DNA from: Octopus sinensis
Taxonomy: Eukaryota
NCBI RefSeq assembly: GCF_006345805.1
Contig: NC_043006.1
Coordinates: 45,632,001 to 45,696,000 of the forward strand
DNA length: 64,000 bases
Direction of reading: 5' to 3'
In this document: positions 23,491 to 36,133 of the stretch, one piece after another
How the letters are laid out: every line of letters starts with the position of its first letter
Position numbering within the stretch: position 1 is the stretch's first letter
Position numbers and translations under genes: made by a program
Notes under the pieces: model-generated
Told to the model about the DNA's origin: nothing
The model's input: the letters and a program-made list of their open reading frames with translations, nothing else
Database searches by the model: none

Positions 23491-24049
23491 GGATGTTGCT
23501 TTTTTTTTTCTTTCATTGAGTTACCGCTTGGAGTACCAGAGTGAAGCAACTTATTCATGTAATTCTTCTCAATTACTTTGAAGACATATTTCCTTTCCTT
23601 GCTTGTTGTAACAATTTTGCTGTTGAATAGATCTGGACCAATTTTAGAATGTGTTGATCACACTTTACAATGGGTGTGGTAGCAGTCTGTTTTCAGAGCA
23701 TATGACTTGCTACCAATCCTAGCATTAAAGAAAATGACAACAACAACAACAAAAAAAGACAAACAAACCAAACGATACATAACAAACACACACAAAAAAA
23801 CCTCCTATATGGGAATTTTTCCATTCTATATCTATCTGTCTATCAACTTATACAAGTGTGTGTATAAATGTGTGTGAGACAATGTGAGTAAACTATACAT
23901 GTAACAGATGACAGGTAAGCTTAGGTATAGTGTAGCAACTAGTTGATATTAACAAGAAGAATATTGATACACATCCTCTAGTATACTTCACTTGTTAAGC
24001 CACATGACAACTGCTACACCTCTTCTTTTCAAATTATGTAATAACGCGT

Positions 24050-24320
24050 GAGCCATTATAATAACTCTGGTGCTGCTCTGCTAGTCATTGGGTATGGCAA
24101 TTTTTTTCGTTTTTGTACAGCCTGACTTTATATGAGCGACTAGTATGTATCCTAGTTGCCAGATATTTTAAGCATTCGTTGGTAATTCCTGATGGATCGA
24201 GGACTTTCCTTAGTTTTATACCCTTAATTGCTGTATCTATCTTGCTGCTGTCTATGAGAATGGCTGACAGGTCATTTGGGTAAATGCTGGGCGGATCCTC
24301 TTTCTCTTAACCATTCTTCA
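24050..24320 (-). mobile_element. RTE RT N-terminal fragment
   Basis: IDTAIKGIKLRKVLDPSGITNECLK..IPND aligns with VDKAIKDMKPGKAPGLSGITAEMLK..IPNDW of the 13545 LINE. Confidence 0.7.
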
Positions 24321-24384
24321 CATTTAATAGCTTTATATGGTACTGCTTATACCTCCCCCAAACATTTATGTGCATATATATATA

Positions 24385-24456
24385 TATACGGAGATGTACT
24401 CGCATAGCAAGTAATTTGATCTGAGATTGTGTGCTGAGACCTTCCACGCTGCAATG

Positions 24457-24460
<4 letters not shown>
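24385..24460. mobile_element. Fragment of the Penelope-like family at 54238-54475
   Basis: ACGGAGATGTACTCGCATAGCAAG..GATCTGAGAT and ACCTTCCACGCTGCAAT shared, joined with an internal orientation switch. Confidence 0.65.
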
Positions 24461-24494
<34 letters not shown>

Positions 24495-24709
24495 ATCATC
24501 ATTATTGTTTAATGTCTGCCTTCCATGCTAGCATGGGTGGGACACGCACAAATATACACTCACATATTTTTTAGGAAGTTAATTGTTATGGTTAGTCAGG
24601 GAGTGACCATTGGTTTGACACCTATGAAGCGCTTAGCCATATAGGCTACTTGTCAGATTCAAATGGCTTAGAGTGTGCTTCTTTTGTGGATATTTGAACT
24701 ACTAACGAG

Positions 24710-24746
<37 letters not shown>

Positions 24747-25214
24747 TCATCCTTTAATGTCTGTTTTCCATGCTGGCTGTGTGGTAAGTAACTTGCTAAC
24801 CACATGGTTCCAGGTTCAGTCCCTCTGCATGACACCTTCGGCGAGTGTCTTCTGCCTCAGGCCAACCAAAGCCTTGTGAGTGGATTTGGTCGATGGAAAA
24901 TGAAAGAAGCCTGTTATGTGTGTTTGTGTCTGTATTTGTACCCTCATTTGACACCATCACTTGACGACTGATGTTGATGTGTTTAAGCCCCCCGTAACTT
25001 AGCAGTTCGGCAAAAGGGACTGACAGAGTCAGTTCTAGTCTTACAAAGAATAAGTCCTGGGGACGATTTCTTTAACTGGGGAAAAACCCACTTAAAGGCA
25101 GTGCTCCATCATGGCTGCAATTAAATGACCGAAACAGGTAAAAGAATAAAAGAATATACGCATAAATGTGTGTATATATGTGTGTATACATATACCATAA
25201 ACTCATGATTTCTT

Positions 25215-25790
25215 TTATTATTAGTTTGTTGGTTGTTATTGACAGTGACCAAGGACATCACATGAGAGGGAGAAGAAGACAAGGCATGGGGTGGCTGTCT
25301 ATGGCTGATCACTCCAGTGCATACTCAGAAGGTTCTTTCGCAGGTCAGACATTGATGGCCTGTTAGGACTAAAGGCAAGGAGTTGGATCTGGGCTTGTGC
25401 AGTTGACATTTTCATTGTGTCCATGCAACCCTGTTCTGTTTGAGGCGAGATGGCACCTTCGTTGTTGCAGCTTTGCCACCCTAGTTGGGTGGTCTTGTGC
25501 TTGCATTTCCCAGGTGTCGGGGGTTGATCTCAAGGCTCCTTAATGAGGCTTTCAGTGTATCCTTGAAGTGTCTTTTCTGTCCACCTTGCATGTACTTGCC
25601 TTCTGCCAGTTCACTATAAAACAGTCTCTTAGGGAGTTGCATGTTAGATATTCAAACAGGGTGGCCTGCCCAACTGACCTGTGCTTTCCTCAGCAGCGTG
25701 TATGTAAATGCTTGGCAGAAGAGCTCAAAAGAGGACCTCCATGTCTGGGACATTCTCCTGCCAGGTGATTTTCAACAGCATTCCCAGGCA
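25215..25790 (-). mobile_element. RTE (BovB-like) LINE 3' remnant
   Basis: LPKRLFYSELAEGK..GGQKRHFKDTLKASLRSLEINPDTWE and a C-terminal CLTCERTF..GVISH zinc-finger remnant. Confidence 0.8.
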
Positions 25791-26016
25791 ATTCATGTGA
25801 AATCGGTTTAGCTTTTTGGCGTGGCATTTGTAAATCATCCAGACATATATATTCATATATGTGCACAATATATGTGTGTGTGTGTGTATATTTGTATACA
25901 CAGATATTTATGTCAAAATGTTTATATAATTCTCTGTACAGATATGTGTTCTTATGTATGCATGCATACATGCATGTATGTATGTATTTGTGTGTGTGTG
26001 TGTGTGTGTGTGTGTA

Positions 26017-26425
26017 TAGGTGCAGGAGTGGCTGTGTGGTAAGAGGCTTGCTTACCAACCACATGGTTCTGGGTTTAGTCCCACTGCATGGCACCTTGGG
26101 CAAGTGTCTTCTACTATAGCCTTGGGTGGACCAAAGCCTTGTGAATGGATTTGGTAGACAGAAACTGCAAAGAAGCCCATCGTACATATATATATATGTA
26201 TATATTTATTTGTGTGTCTGTGTTTGTGCCCCCAACATCGCTTGACAACCAATGTTGGTGTGTTTATGTCCCTGTAACTTAGCGGTTCGGCAAAGAGACC
26301 GATGGAATAGGTACTAGGTTTACAAAGAATAAGTCCTGGGGTCGATTTGTTCGACTAAAGGTGGTGCTCCAGCATGGCTATAGTCAAATGACTGAAACAG
26401 GTAAAAGAATAAAAAAAATAAAAGA
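26017..26425 (+). mobile_element. SINE family A, full length
   Basis: Matches 13111-13506. Confidence 0.88.
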
Positions 26426-27021
26426 ATATATATCAAACCCAGTGTTCAACTGGTAGTTATTTTATTGATGCCGAAAGGATGAAAGACAAAGTAGACCCTG
26501 GTGGCATTTGAATTCAGAATGGTAATATCGGAAGAAATACCGTTAAGCATTTTGTCTGACTTGATAACAGTTCCCCCTGGTCACCACCTCAAAAAAGTCA
26601 ATCCTAGCAGCAATTGAACTCAGAACATAAAGTTGGAAGGAACGCCACTTAACTTTTTCTCCACTGCAGTAATGATTCTGCCAGCTCGCTGCCTGCACAC
26701 ACAAAATATTGATCCAAATATTTTGGTCTGTATATTTTACTCTGAACTTGTTGACAGTTCTTGTTGATAAAAGCAAAGGAAAATGAACGTCTCCCCTAAA
26801 GCAGTGAAATCATAAAGGAAGTAAGGAAATGTGTAAATGAACTTCTGTTATTGATTTTTGAACTTCATAAATATTTTTGTATTGATTTGAGTCTTTTTGT
26901 TTTTCTTGCATGTTAAAATTTAATATTGTGTCAAAAGTATGATTTTTTACTTTTAAAAGAAGTTCTTGTGTGTTTATGTGCAATTGTTATTGTTGTTGTT
27001 ATTATCATTACTATTTTTGTT

Positions 27022-27275
27022 ATAGGAGGTGCGTGGCTTAGTGGTTAAGGTGTCAGCATCATGATCGTAAGATTGTGGTTTCAATTCCTGGACCAGGCGA
27101 CGCATTGTGTTCTTGAGCAAAACACTTCATTTCACATTGCTCCAGTCCACTCAGCTGGCAAAAATGAGTAACGCTGCAATGGACTGGTGTCCCGTCCAGC
27201 TGGGGAACACATATGCCATAGAAACTGGGAAACCGGGCCCATGAGCCTGGCTAAGCTTTAAAAGGGCACATTTAT
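27022..27275 (+). mobile_element. SINE family C
   Basis: tRNA head, CTTGAGCAAAACACTTC box, ends CTTTAAAAGGGCACAT; reverse copy at 53175-53410. Confidence 0.85.
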
Positions 27276-27529
27276 TTTATTATTATTGTTATAATTATTT
27301 TTATTATTATTATTGAGGCGGTAAGCTAGCAGAATCATTAAAATGCCTGGCAAAATGCTTAGTTGTATTTCGTCCGTTTTTTATGTTCTGAATTCAAGTT
27401 CTGCCAAGGTCAACTTTTCAGAGTTGATAAATTACATACCAGTAAGATACTGGGGTTGATGTAATTGACTAGCTCCCTTCTGCCAAAATTTCAGGCCTTC
27501 TGACTTTAGTAGAAAGAATTATTATTATT

Positions 27530-27925
27530 ACTAGCAGTATCGTCCGGCGTTGCTCGGATTTGTTTCGACCCTTTAGAATTGGAATTTTTGAAAAGTAAAA
27601 ATTTTGCATTATGTAGCTTGTTATTCTCTTTAAGTGAACATTTTCCTGGTTGAAATACACCAAAAAATGGCGACACACCAGTAAAAAAATCGTAAAAAGT
27701 AGGGATTTTCATAGAAAAAAAGCACCTTTTTGATGTAAATAATTTTTGGTCTTAACATGGTCTAATTTGAATTTTTTCTTCTACGGAAGGAAGAGCAAGC
27801 CTTCTTCTATCATACTCTCAATTTTAGTCAACTTGTGCCGCAGGGTCTAGGAGGAGATAGTGTTAGTTGAAGGCTACCAAACCTGCCATACACAGACAAC
27901 TTCAGTTTTATATATATAGAGAGAT
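27530..27925 (+). mobile_element. Non-autonomous Helitron/Helentron-like (DINE-1/HINE-type) element
   Basis: Starts ACTAGCAGTATCGTCCGGCGTTGCTCGG, ends CAGACAACTTCAGTTTTATATATATAGA; termini resemble this class as recalled, not searched. Confidence 0.6.
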
Positions 27926-28164
27926 TAAGGAGGCAAGCTGGCAGAATTGTTAACATGCTTGGCAAAACACTTAGCAGTATTTCATCTGCCTGCAGATTCT
28001 GAGTTCAAATTCTGTTGGGGTTGACTTTACCTTTCATCCTTTTCAGGGTCGATAAAATAAGTACTAGTTGAGTACTGGGGGTTGATGTAATTGATTTACC
28101 CCTTCCCCTGAAATTGCTGGCCTTGTGCTGAAATTTGAAAATACCATTACTACTACTGCTACTA

Positions 28165-28533
28165 GTATCTCCACCATAGCGAAGGCGGAGGTATTGTTTT
28201 CGGTCGTGTTTGGTTGTTTGTTTGTCTGTGGACAAGATATCTCAAGAACCACTGGATGGATTCTGATGAAACTTTCAGGGATTTTTGGCCTTGTGAATGG
28301 CACGAACTGATTGGATTTTGAGATCGATCCGGTACCGGACTAGGATTCTGGATTACTTTTCTTGTGTTTTTACTTAATTTTTGAGAGCAGTCGGGTTCAT
28401 TTTTAGTATTCTTGTTTGTGATAGCAGTCGAGTTTATTTCAGATATTCTCATTTTAAAAGTCATCTCTGTTTAATCGTTGAGAAGACGTTGGTGTTGCTT
28501 TGGCAGTGGTTTGTGCTCTCTGAGTGCTTTTGT
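28165..28533 (+). mobile_element. HINE-type element (second family)
   Basis: 5' CTCCACC..GGCGGAGG stem-loop, GTTT microsatellite, 3' GTGCTCTCTGAGTGC stem-loop; second copy at 56001-56372. Confidence 0.7.
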
Positions 28534-28539
28534 TGTTAT

Positions 28540-28815
28540 TATTATTATTATTATTATTGCCTTTGCACAGCTTCTAACACTGGAGATGTACTACAGTGTC
28601 AGCTGTACACTACCAGTGAACTAAGGTAACACCCCTTATTTTTAGAGCACCTTCCGGGGTATTCAAGCAGTTCCAAGTGGTGCTGTTTTCTGCAAGTGCT
28701 CCACTGTTATTGCAGCCCCTATTTGTTCCATATACTTCTCAAGATTTTTACTCCTTGCTCCCAAGGCACTGACAATTATTGGTACTACTGCTACCTTTTA
28801 CATCGACCACAACTG
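28540..28815 (-). mobile_element. R4/Dong-clade non-LTR retrotransposon 3' end within (TAA)n
   Basis: KVAVVPIIVSALGA..LEKYMEQIG..VEHLQKTAPLGTA*IPRKVL*; (TAT)n on both sides. Confidence 0.75.
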
Positions 28816-29750
28816 CTATTATATTATTATTATTATTGTTATTATTATTATTATTATTATCTGAAGCATTATATCCCCCACCACTGCTGTTAGCTAGCTA
28901 ATATAATAAAAAGAAAGAAAAATAAACAGCATTTGCACAAAAACTGATTTACTTTATCTATTTAGTATATATTGGAGAATTAATCCTATAGAAAGTTGGC
29001 CGAAGTATCGAAATAAAGAGCCGAGTTACACTTGTATACATGTGTGTGTGTGTTTGTGTTCATGTGAGTATGTATATGTACATGTGTCATTCTGTATTGG
29101 ATGTTAGTATGTGTGTGTCCACGTCCACACATGTGTATGTCATTCTATATTGGAATCAGATCATTTTTCAGGGTGTGGTGCCATTATTTAATTATTGATG
29201 TCTTGTATGTATTGATTGTTTCAATATAAAAAACAAACAAACTAGCATAAACTTGACATGAATAGCTCTGTTCAAAATCTGATACATAAAAGAAAAATGC
29301 ACACAATTCACTATATAACTGATTTAAAACAGTTTTTCCTCTTCACATAAATACATACATACATACAAACATACATACATACTTACATACACACACACAA
29401 AAAACACGTTTTTGTATATATTTTTACTTCTTGTTTCTTTCTTTCCCCGTCCTTCCACGTTTCCTTAGAAATGCAATATTAAAGCATATTCTATTTATTA
29501 TAATCTTTTGAGTATATACTAGATAGAATTAATACTATTATGAAGCAAACACTGAATAGTATTTGCTATACTTTTATAACTTAAGAGGTGACTGTTGTTA
29601 GAAATGATACGTTTTTCTGTTTGTCTGTACATCTATCTTTTTCTTGGGTTCAATTCTGGCTGGAGTTTTTTTTTTTTTACTTAACTTTTTTACATTTTTT
29701 CCCAGAGTCATGAGTAAAAAAAATGCATTCTAATAACATATTTGTTAATA

Positions 29751-30070
29751 CAGTTCTATATTTAAGAGATGAGGAATTATGTACATTATTTACATTATTT
29801 TTATTTGACGGATATTTGTCCTCACCTTGTTTGTTGTTAACACGTTTCTGGCTTCATCATGTGTCTTGGGGAAATTTTGAACATGGGTTCTCATTGCTAA
29901 GGTATTTTTCAATGTTATGATTATTATTATAATTATTCAGGTCATTGCCTGGAATCGAACTCGGAATCTTGGAGTTAGTAGTCTGCACTCTTAACCACTA
30001 TGCCATATGCCCGTGGGCATATGGTGTAGTGGTTATATAGCATAGTGGTTATAGTGGGCATATGGCGTAG
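29751..30070 (-). mobile_element. tRNA-headed SINE-like element with HHR-derived 3' part and palindromic 5' end
   Basis: tRNA-like head 29941-30012; GACAC-ATGATGA-AGCCA-GAAAC-GTGTT at 29839-29865; 21-bp head inversion at 30015-30035. Confidence 0.75.
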
Positions 30071-31432
30071 TCTTTCTCTCTCTCTCTCTCTCTCCCCATC
30101 CCCCTCTCTTTCACTTTTTATGTGTATATTTCTGTGTGCCCGCATGTGTGTGTGTGTGTGTGTATGTTTGCCTCCAGTGCCAAAAAGTACTGTACTGTCA
30201 CCAAAACAGATTGAATGTCTGGTCAGCTGTGTTAAACGGTCACTTCCAAGCACTTCCAGCTGCACCCAGTCATATTATCTCCCTTTTCTGCATCTGAGGT
30301 TGCGAAATAGAAATGCATCACAAACACAATTTGGTACTAATATTGTTGCAGACTTCACTGGAAGAAAACAGAGAACCAGAACAGATTGTGCCAGACATCA
30401 AGTCTAACCTCTCTAACAATTTCACTAGTTCCCTATTCTATAGACTTGCGCTTTTGTAGCAACCTCAAAAGGATGAAATGTAAAGTTAATCTCAGTAGGA
30501 TTTGAACTCGAAGCATAGAGAATTGGAACAAATATTGGAAAGGCATTCAGTCTGATGCTTTAATTCTTTATTAGACATTATAAGTATCCGTTTGAGACAG
30601 AAAAGAGTAGTAGACATCCTGACGGGACTTGAAGTATGTGCTTGTCACTTACAAGATGATCATCCTACTGTTACTATACCCTTGTTAAGTTATTCCATCT
30701 CAGATTCTCTAATTTGAGAAGATAGAATGGCAGGAGCTCCATGGTGTAATCTATAGCATGGTTGCCTAGCAATGGATAGTTAGTAACATGGGTCAAAGTC
30801 CTATCAGTCAGTTAGTTTCTGTCTTCTGTTTCACAAGGTGGTTATGATATCTAATAATACCCTCAACAGAGAACGAAAGTTATTCTAAAATGCTCGTCCC
30901 ATTCTCTTTTTATTCTCAATAATTTTATAGGTGTGACTTTGTGGTGAGAAGTTTGTCTTCTTTGCTTCCCAACCAAATGGTTTTGAGTTCAGTTCCACTT
31001 CATAGCACCTTTTTGGGCAGATGTCTTCTACTTGTAAACTCTGGCCCAAACAAAGCTTTACGAGTGGGTTTAATAGGCAGAAACTGAAAGAAGTCTGTTA
31101 TCTGTGTATGCATGCGCGCATGTTACTGTCTGCTTACCTTGACATTGTGCAGCAGTTGCAAACCAGGTGTCGTTGGTATGCAAACGGTTTCCTTCGTTTC
31201 CAGTCTCCCGTGTCTGGACATGAGAGAAATAGCATCTCACCTGGAAGCAGGTGAGAGTTAGCAACAGGAAAGACATATAACTACAGAAAATCTGACGTCA
31301 GCAAATTCCATCCAACACATGCATGCATGGAAAAGTAAATCTTAAAATGGTGGTGGTGGTGGTGGTGGTGGTGATGATCTCTCCACCAAATCTTAAATGT
31401 TGTACCACTCACATCAGGAATGCACATACACA

Positions 31433-31855
31433 GGTGCAGGTGTAGCTGTGTGGTAAGAAGCTTGCTTCCCAACCACATGGTTCCAGGTTCAGTCCAGGGA
31501 CTGAGCCTGGAACCATGTTCAGTTCCCTGGACATGGCACCTTGAGCAAGTGCCTTCTACAAAAGCCTTGAGCTAACCAAAGCCTTGTGAATTGATTTGGT
31601 AGATGGAAATTGAAAGAAGCCCGTTGTGTATATGTGTGTTTGTCCCCCCACCATCACTTGACAACTAATGTTGGTGTGTTTATGTCACCATAACTTAGCA
31701 GTTTGGCAAAAGAGACCAATAGGATAATTACTAGGCTTACAAAGAATAAGTCCAGGGGTCGATTTCTTCAACTAAAAAAAAACCTTTAAGGCGGTGCTCC
31801 AGCATGGCTGCAGTCAAATGACTGAAACAAGGAATTAATTATAAAAAATAAAAGA
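31433..31855 (+). mobile_element. SINE family A with an internal inverted duplication
   Basis: Full A body; hairpin at 31476-31517. Confidence 0.85.
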
Positions 31856-32633
31856 ACACAAATTCATTATAATGTTTTGCTATCTTCTGCTTTGGAAGTG
31901 ATATTTTTTTTTATAAGTTTTATTAGTTCTTGAATGGCCTGGATTGGCCCCTTTTGGATTCACTCCCAATGAAGCTCATTGGCTTGTGGTTTGATAAGAT
32001 ACCATTCTTCTTCTCCCCCTCTTCCTCCTCTCCATCTCCCCTCCTCCTCAATCACTGGCATGTTTCTTGAAAGTATTTCATATTTTATGTAGACTGTAAC
32101 CAACTCAGTTTCAGGTAAAAAAAAAAAATAAATAAACAAATAAATAAAATATAAAAACAAAATGACTAAATAAAAAGCAACAATTAAGAGCCCTAATCTC
32201 ATAAGATTACAATTTCCTTTCATTTTAACAGCTCTAGATTTTCTTAACTGATCTTGTTTATGTAGGTATATATATATATATACTTTATTCATTTTTTTTC
32301 TCTCTCTCTCGTCTCATTTCTTTTATTTTTGCCACTAAGGCTGAACACTATACCTGTGTTTTTCTAGGTCTTTGACTTGATCCAATAGTGAAGCTGTCAG
32401 CTATCTCCTGTTCCACTTGACTGACCAGTGGAAAGGCTACAGTACACCTGTTACAAAGACGAACTACCTTGCTTTTACTCTGCTTTATACTGCATTGTAC
32501 GATTGCCAATAATTCTTGATGTTCTGTTCATAGTCAGAACAACCTTTTTTTTTTTTATACTGTAGTCCTATAACTCTTTCATATGTACGCTGCACATTAT
32601 AGCCAGCCACTAACAAACACACACACACACCAG

Positions 32634-32731
<98 letters not shown>

Positions 32732-32946
32732 GCAGCCACTTGTAAAACTTCTCAAATATTGATAGGCAGGTCTGGTATGGGAGGAAATCTCTGTTCTAAA
32801 CCTAGCAGCATGTAATCTTTCTTTCTTTCTTTCATCCTTCCTTTCTTTGTTTTTCTCTCTCTCTAAATTCCTACCTGTTGTATGAGGTGAGATAAAATGT
32901 CTTTTATTTATTTATTTTTTTTGCCATTCATTCATTAAACTTTTTC

Positions 32947-32977
<31 letters not shown>

Positions 32978-34360
32978 ATTCTCTCTCTCCTTCCTCAGGT
33001 TATTCTGCTGACTGACCCATTACCGTTTTTTTATTTTTTTTACTAATGACTTCTTTCAATGCTCCCCTCCTTCTCTCCCCCACACTCTTCTCCTGGTTCC
33101 CTTTTCTCTCTTTAGTTTTTTCCTTTCCTCTAATATCTGCCCTGTGTGTGTATGTGTGTGGGGGGTACTGATAGGGACATAGAGCGAAAGAGAGAGTGAG
33201 GTGGTCGACAGGTTAGCTTCTCTGCCCCCATCAACCCTCACCCACTCTCCTTAATAAACTAAAGAAATGTAAGTGTGGACTATCAAACTGCTGTACTTAG
33301 TCCTTCACCTGAACTTCCTTTACCTTATCTTTCTTGCACATCTTACTACCCCCACCCCCATCGCTGTCTTTTCCTTTCTCCACCACCTTCAGGTCTTTCT
33401 TACCTTTTTTTCCCTTTCTGTCCTTTCCTCTCTCTTATTTCTCTGATTGTCTCCTTTTATGACTGTGGCCCCTGAAGAAAGATGTACAAAGCTTTGATAA
33501 CCTGACCATCTTAACTCCTCCACCTCTCTCTCTCTCTCTTCCTTTTGGCTGTATCTAAAAAGCTAAACCCAGACTGTATCAGAACCAACAACTAGACAAC
33601 TCAACCCAGGCAGCTTTGATAGATAAAATAACATAGAGATCTTTTTACTGATTCCTGGATTCCTTACCCCCTCTTTTTTCTCTCTTTTTTTTTTTTTTCT
33701 AGAAAAGTTAGGCCAAGGTGTCCCATACCTGCATGTGTGTTAGTGTTGAAGCAGGTAGGTAAACGAAGGAGGATGAGCTGGGTGGATTCAGGTAACTAAC
33801 TACAACCCAAATCTCACCACCACTACCACCACCACCACCACTGCTGGTCGGTCGCTTTCTGTTGTCAGAGGACAGTGTTTGTTCCTTTTGCTGTTGGAGC
33901 AGGTAGTGCTGGGAGAAAACAGGAAGGTGTTTTAAAGGAAGCATCAGAGCCATTTTCTCTCTTCTCTTCTCTTTTACTCTCTGTGCGTCTCTCTCTCTCC
34001 CTCTCCCTCCCTCTGTCTTTGTCTCTTGCTCTCTTATTTACTGGTGTAGGTTTTTATTCTATCTCCTCTGTAACTTCCACTCACAGCGCACACACACACA
34101 CACACACACACAAGCACTGCCCTCACAAGATTAGACTCAGCTATAGTAGCAGCAAGTAGAATGGTGATCTGTAATAGAATGTGCTATTGTGCTGATAGTG
34201 TACTCTGTGTGTGTGTATGTGCGTGTGTGCATGTGCATGCTTGCGCATGTAAACACATGCATACGCATATATGCATGTGTTTACATACACGCACACATAG
34301 AACCGATACACAAAAATTTCTACATACGAAAACACTTTCTGCCTCTCCCTGCATGCAACG

Positions 34361-34395
<35 letters not shown>

Positions 34396-35131
34396 CACCG
34401 CCACCAATACCACCACAGATAACAGGCAGTGCTAATGAGAGAGAGTTGAAGGAGGAGGAATGAGCTGAAGCAATTCATAGAAACATATTTTCTGTCTCTT
34501 CTGCTTAATACCCCTACTGCAACTACCACTATTAGAACAATATTTACCCCCCCCCCTCCCCTCGCCTCTCCTTGCCTTTTTTGTATATATATTTTTTTTT
34601 TACCCTTGTTTTTTTAATTAGTAAACAAATAAAAACCTATCCAGGTGTACAGTCCATTTTTTTTTTTTTACCACCTGAATAGTTCTTCACTAATTCCATG
34701 TACTTCGCTCTCACTCTCACTCTCTCTCTCCCTTTCTTTCTCACCTTTGTACCCCTCACTCAATTCCTGGAATTGTGGTGGTGATGGTGGTGGTGGTGGG
34801 GGCAATGAAAAACCCAACCACCTAAATAGTTCTTCACTAATTCCCCTGTTCTTCTCCCTCTGCCCTTTGCTTAACACCCCCACCCCGCCCCGCATCCTAC
34901 CTGGATTTACTGGGACCATTGAAAACCAAACCAAGAATAAGCAAAACTTTTTACATTCCTAGATACATGCCCCATTCATGTTTCAATGATATTCTTTGAT
35001 TAGTCTCAGCTGGAGGTAGTGACACAAAGCTTATGAAATTTATCTTCACTAATATTAGATTGAGAAAATGATCTGTTGTAAATATCAACAGTATATACAC
35101 ACATCCACACAAATATATATGTGTGTGTATG

Positions 35132-35180
<49 letters not shown>

Positions 35181-35654
35181 GTAGGACATAAAGAACATAA
35201 CAAGCAGAATCGAACAAACACAACATGCGGAAAAATAGATGATAACATAACATAAGCGATAACATAGACAATAAACATATATATGTGTGTATATATACAT
35301 ACATATATCTATATCTATCTATCTATCTATCTATCTATATATATATACACACACACGTGTATATTTAATTTTCTCTGTTGTTTGTATTCTATGTAAGTTG
35401 GATTTATTCATATATAAATATCTTCCTAGGTGCAGGAATGGCTGTGTGGTAAGTAACTTGCGTACCAACCACATGGTTCCAGGTTCAGTCCCAATGTGTG
35501 GCACCTTGGGCAAGTGTCTTCTACTATAGCCTCAGGCCGACCAAAGCCTTGTGAGTGGATTTGGTAGACGGAAACTGAAAGAAGCCTGTCATGTGTGTGT
35601 GTGTCTGTGTTTGTCCCCCCCCCCCCCCCGCACTGAAACAAGTAAAAGGATTTT

Positions 35655-35930
35655 GGTTTCAGTCATTGAGACTTTTTCAACAGTAAGCGTGGAAAACAAA
35701 TTTAATGAAAAGTTTTTAAAAAGAATATTTGAATACTATGCAAATATTCTTTTAGAAAACATTTTATTTAATTTTTCCAAAATTTAATTGTTTTCTGTAC
35801 TTACAGTTGAAAAAGTCTCAATGACTGAAATCAGTACTAAAATGTGTTCTATGAAATTATTTTAGCCTTTTCTACCTTGACTTTTTTCCACATATATATC
35901 AACTCATGTGTTCTTTTCAAACTTCTACAT
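35655..35930. mobile_element. Fold-back Penelope-like repeat with outward-facing HHR-like motifs
   Basis: 25-bp perfect inverted arms plus inner AAAAGAATATTTG/CAAATATTCTTTT; right arm continues as a homologue of 52090-52250. Confidence 0.7.
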
Positions 35931-36099
35931 ATATATATATAATCATTACAGATATATGGTAAAGAATTATTAATCTAATAATTAATAAATTTTACCAAGT
36001 AGTTTCGGTATGGAAAAAAACCCATTATCGGTAAAAACTTATACAAAAAGTGTTTTTATATATAATTATATAATTATAAATATATATACATGCACATTC

Positions 36100-36133
<34 letters not shown>

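Noticed and set aside
24121-24283. Plus-strand open frame after a strong acceptor (LTLYERLVCILV..)
   Set aside because: It is the antisense of an RTE RT fragment
28260-28275. CTGATGAAAC
   Set aside because: Part of the HINE body; no stem II between core elements
32340-32520. Minus-strand open frame of about 60 codons ending at CAG|GTATAG
   Set aside because: No acceptor tract or start, no recognisable homology; plus-strand frames close quickly
33470-33505. CTGAAGA followed by a short stem
   Set aside because: GAAA replaced and no closing stems
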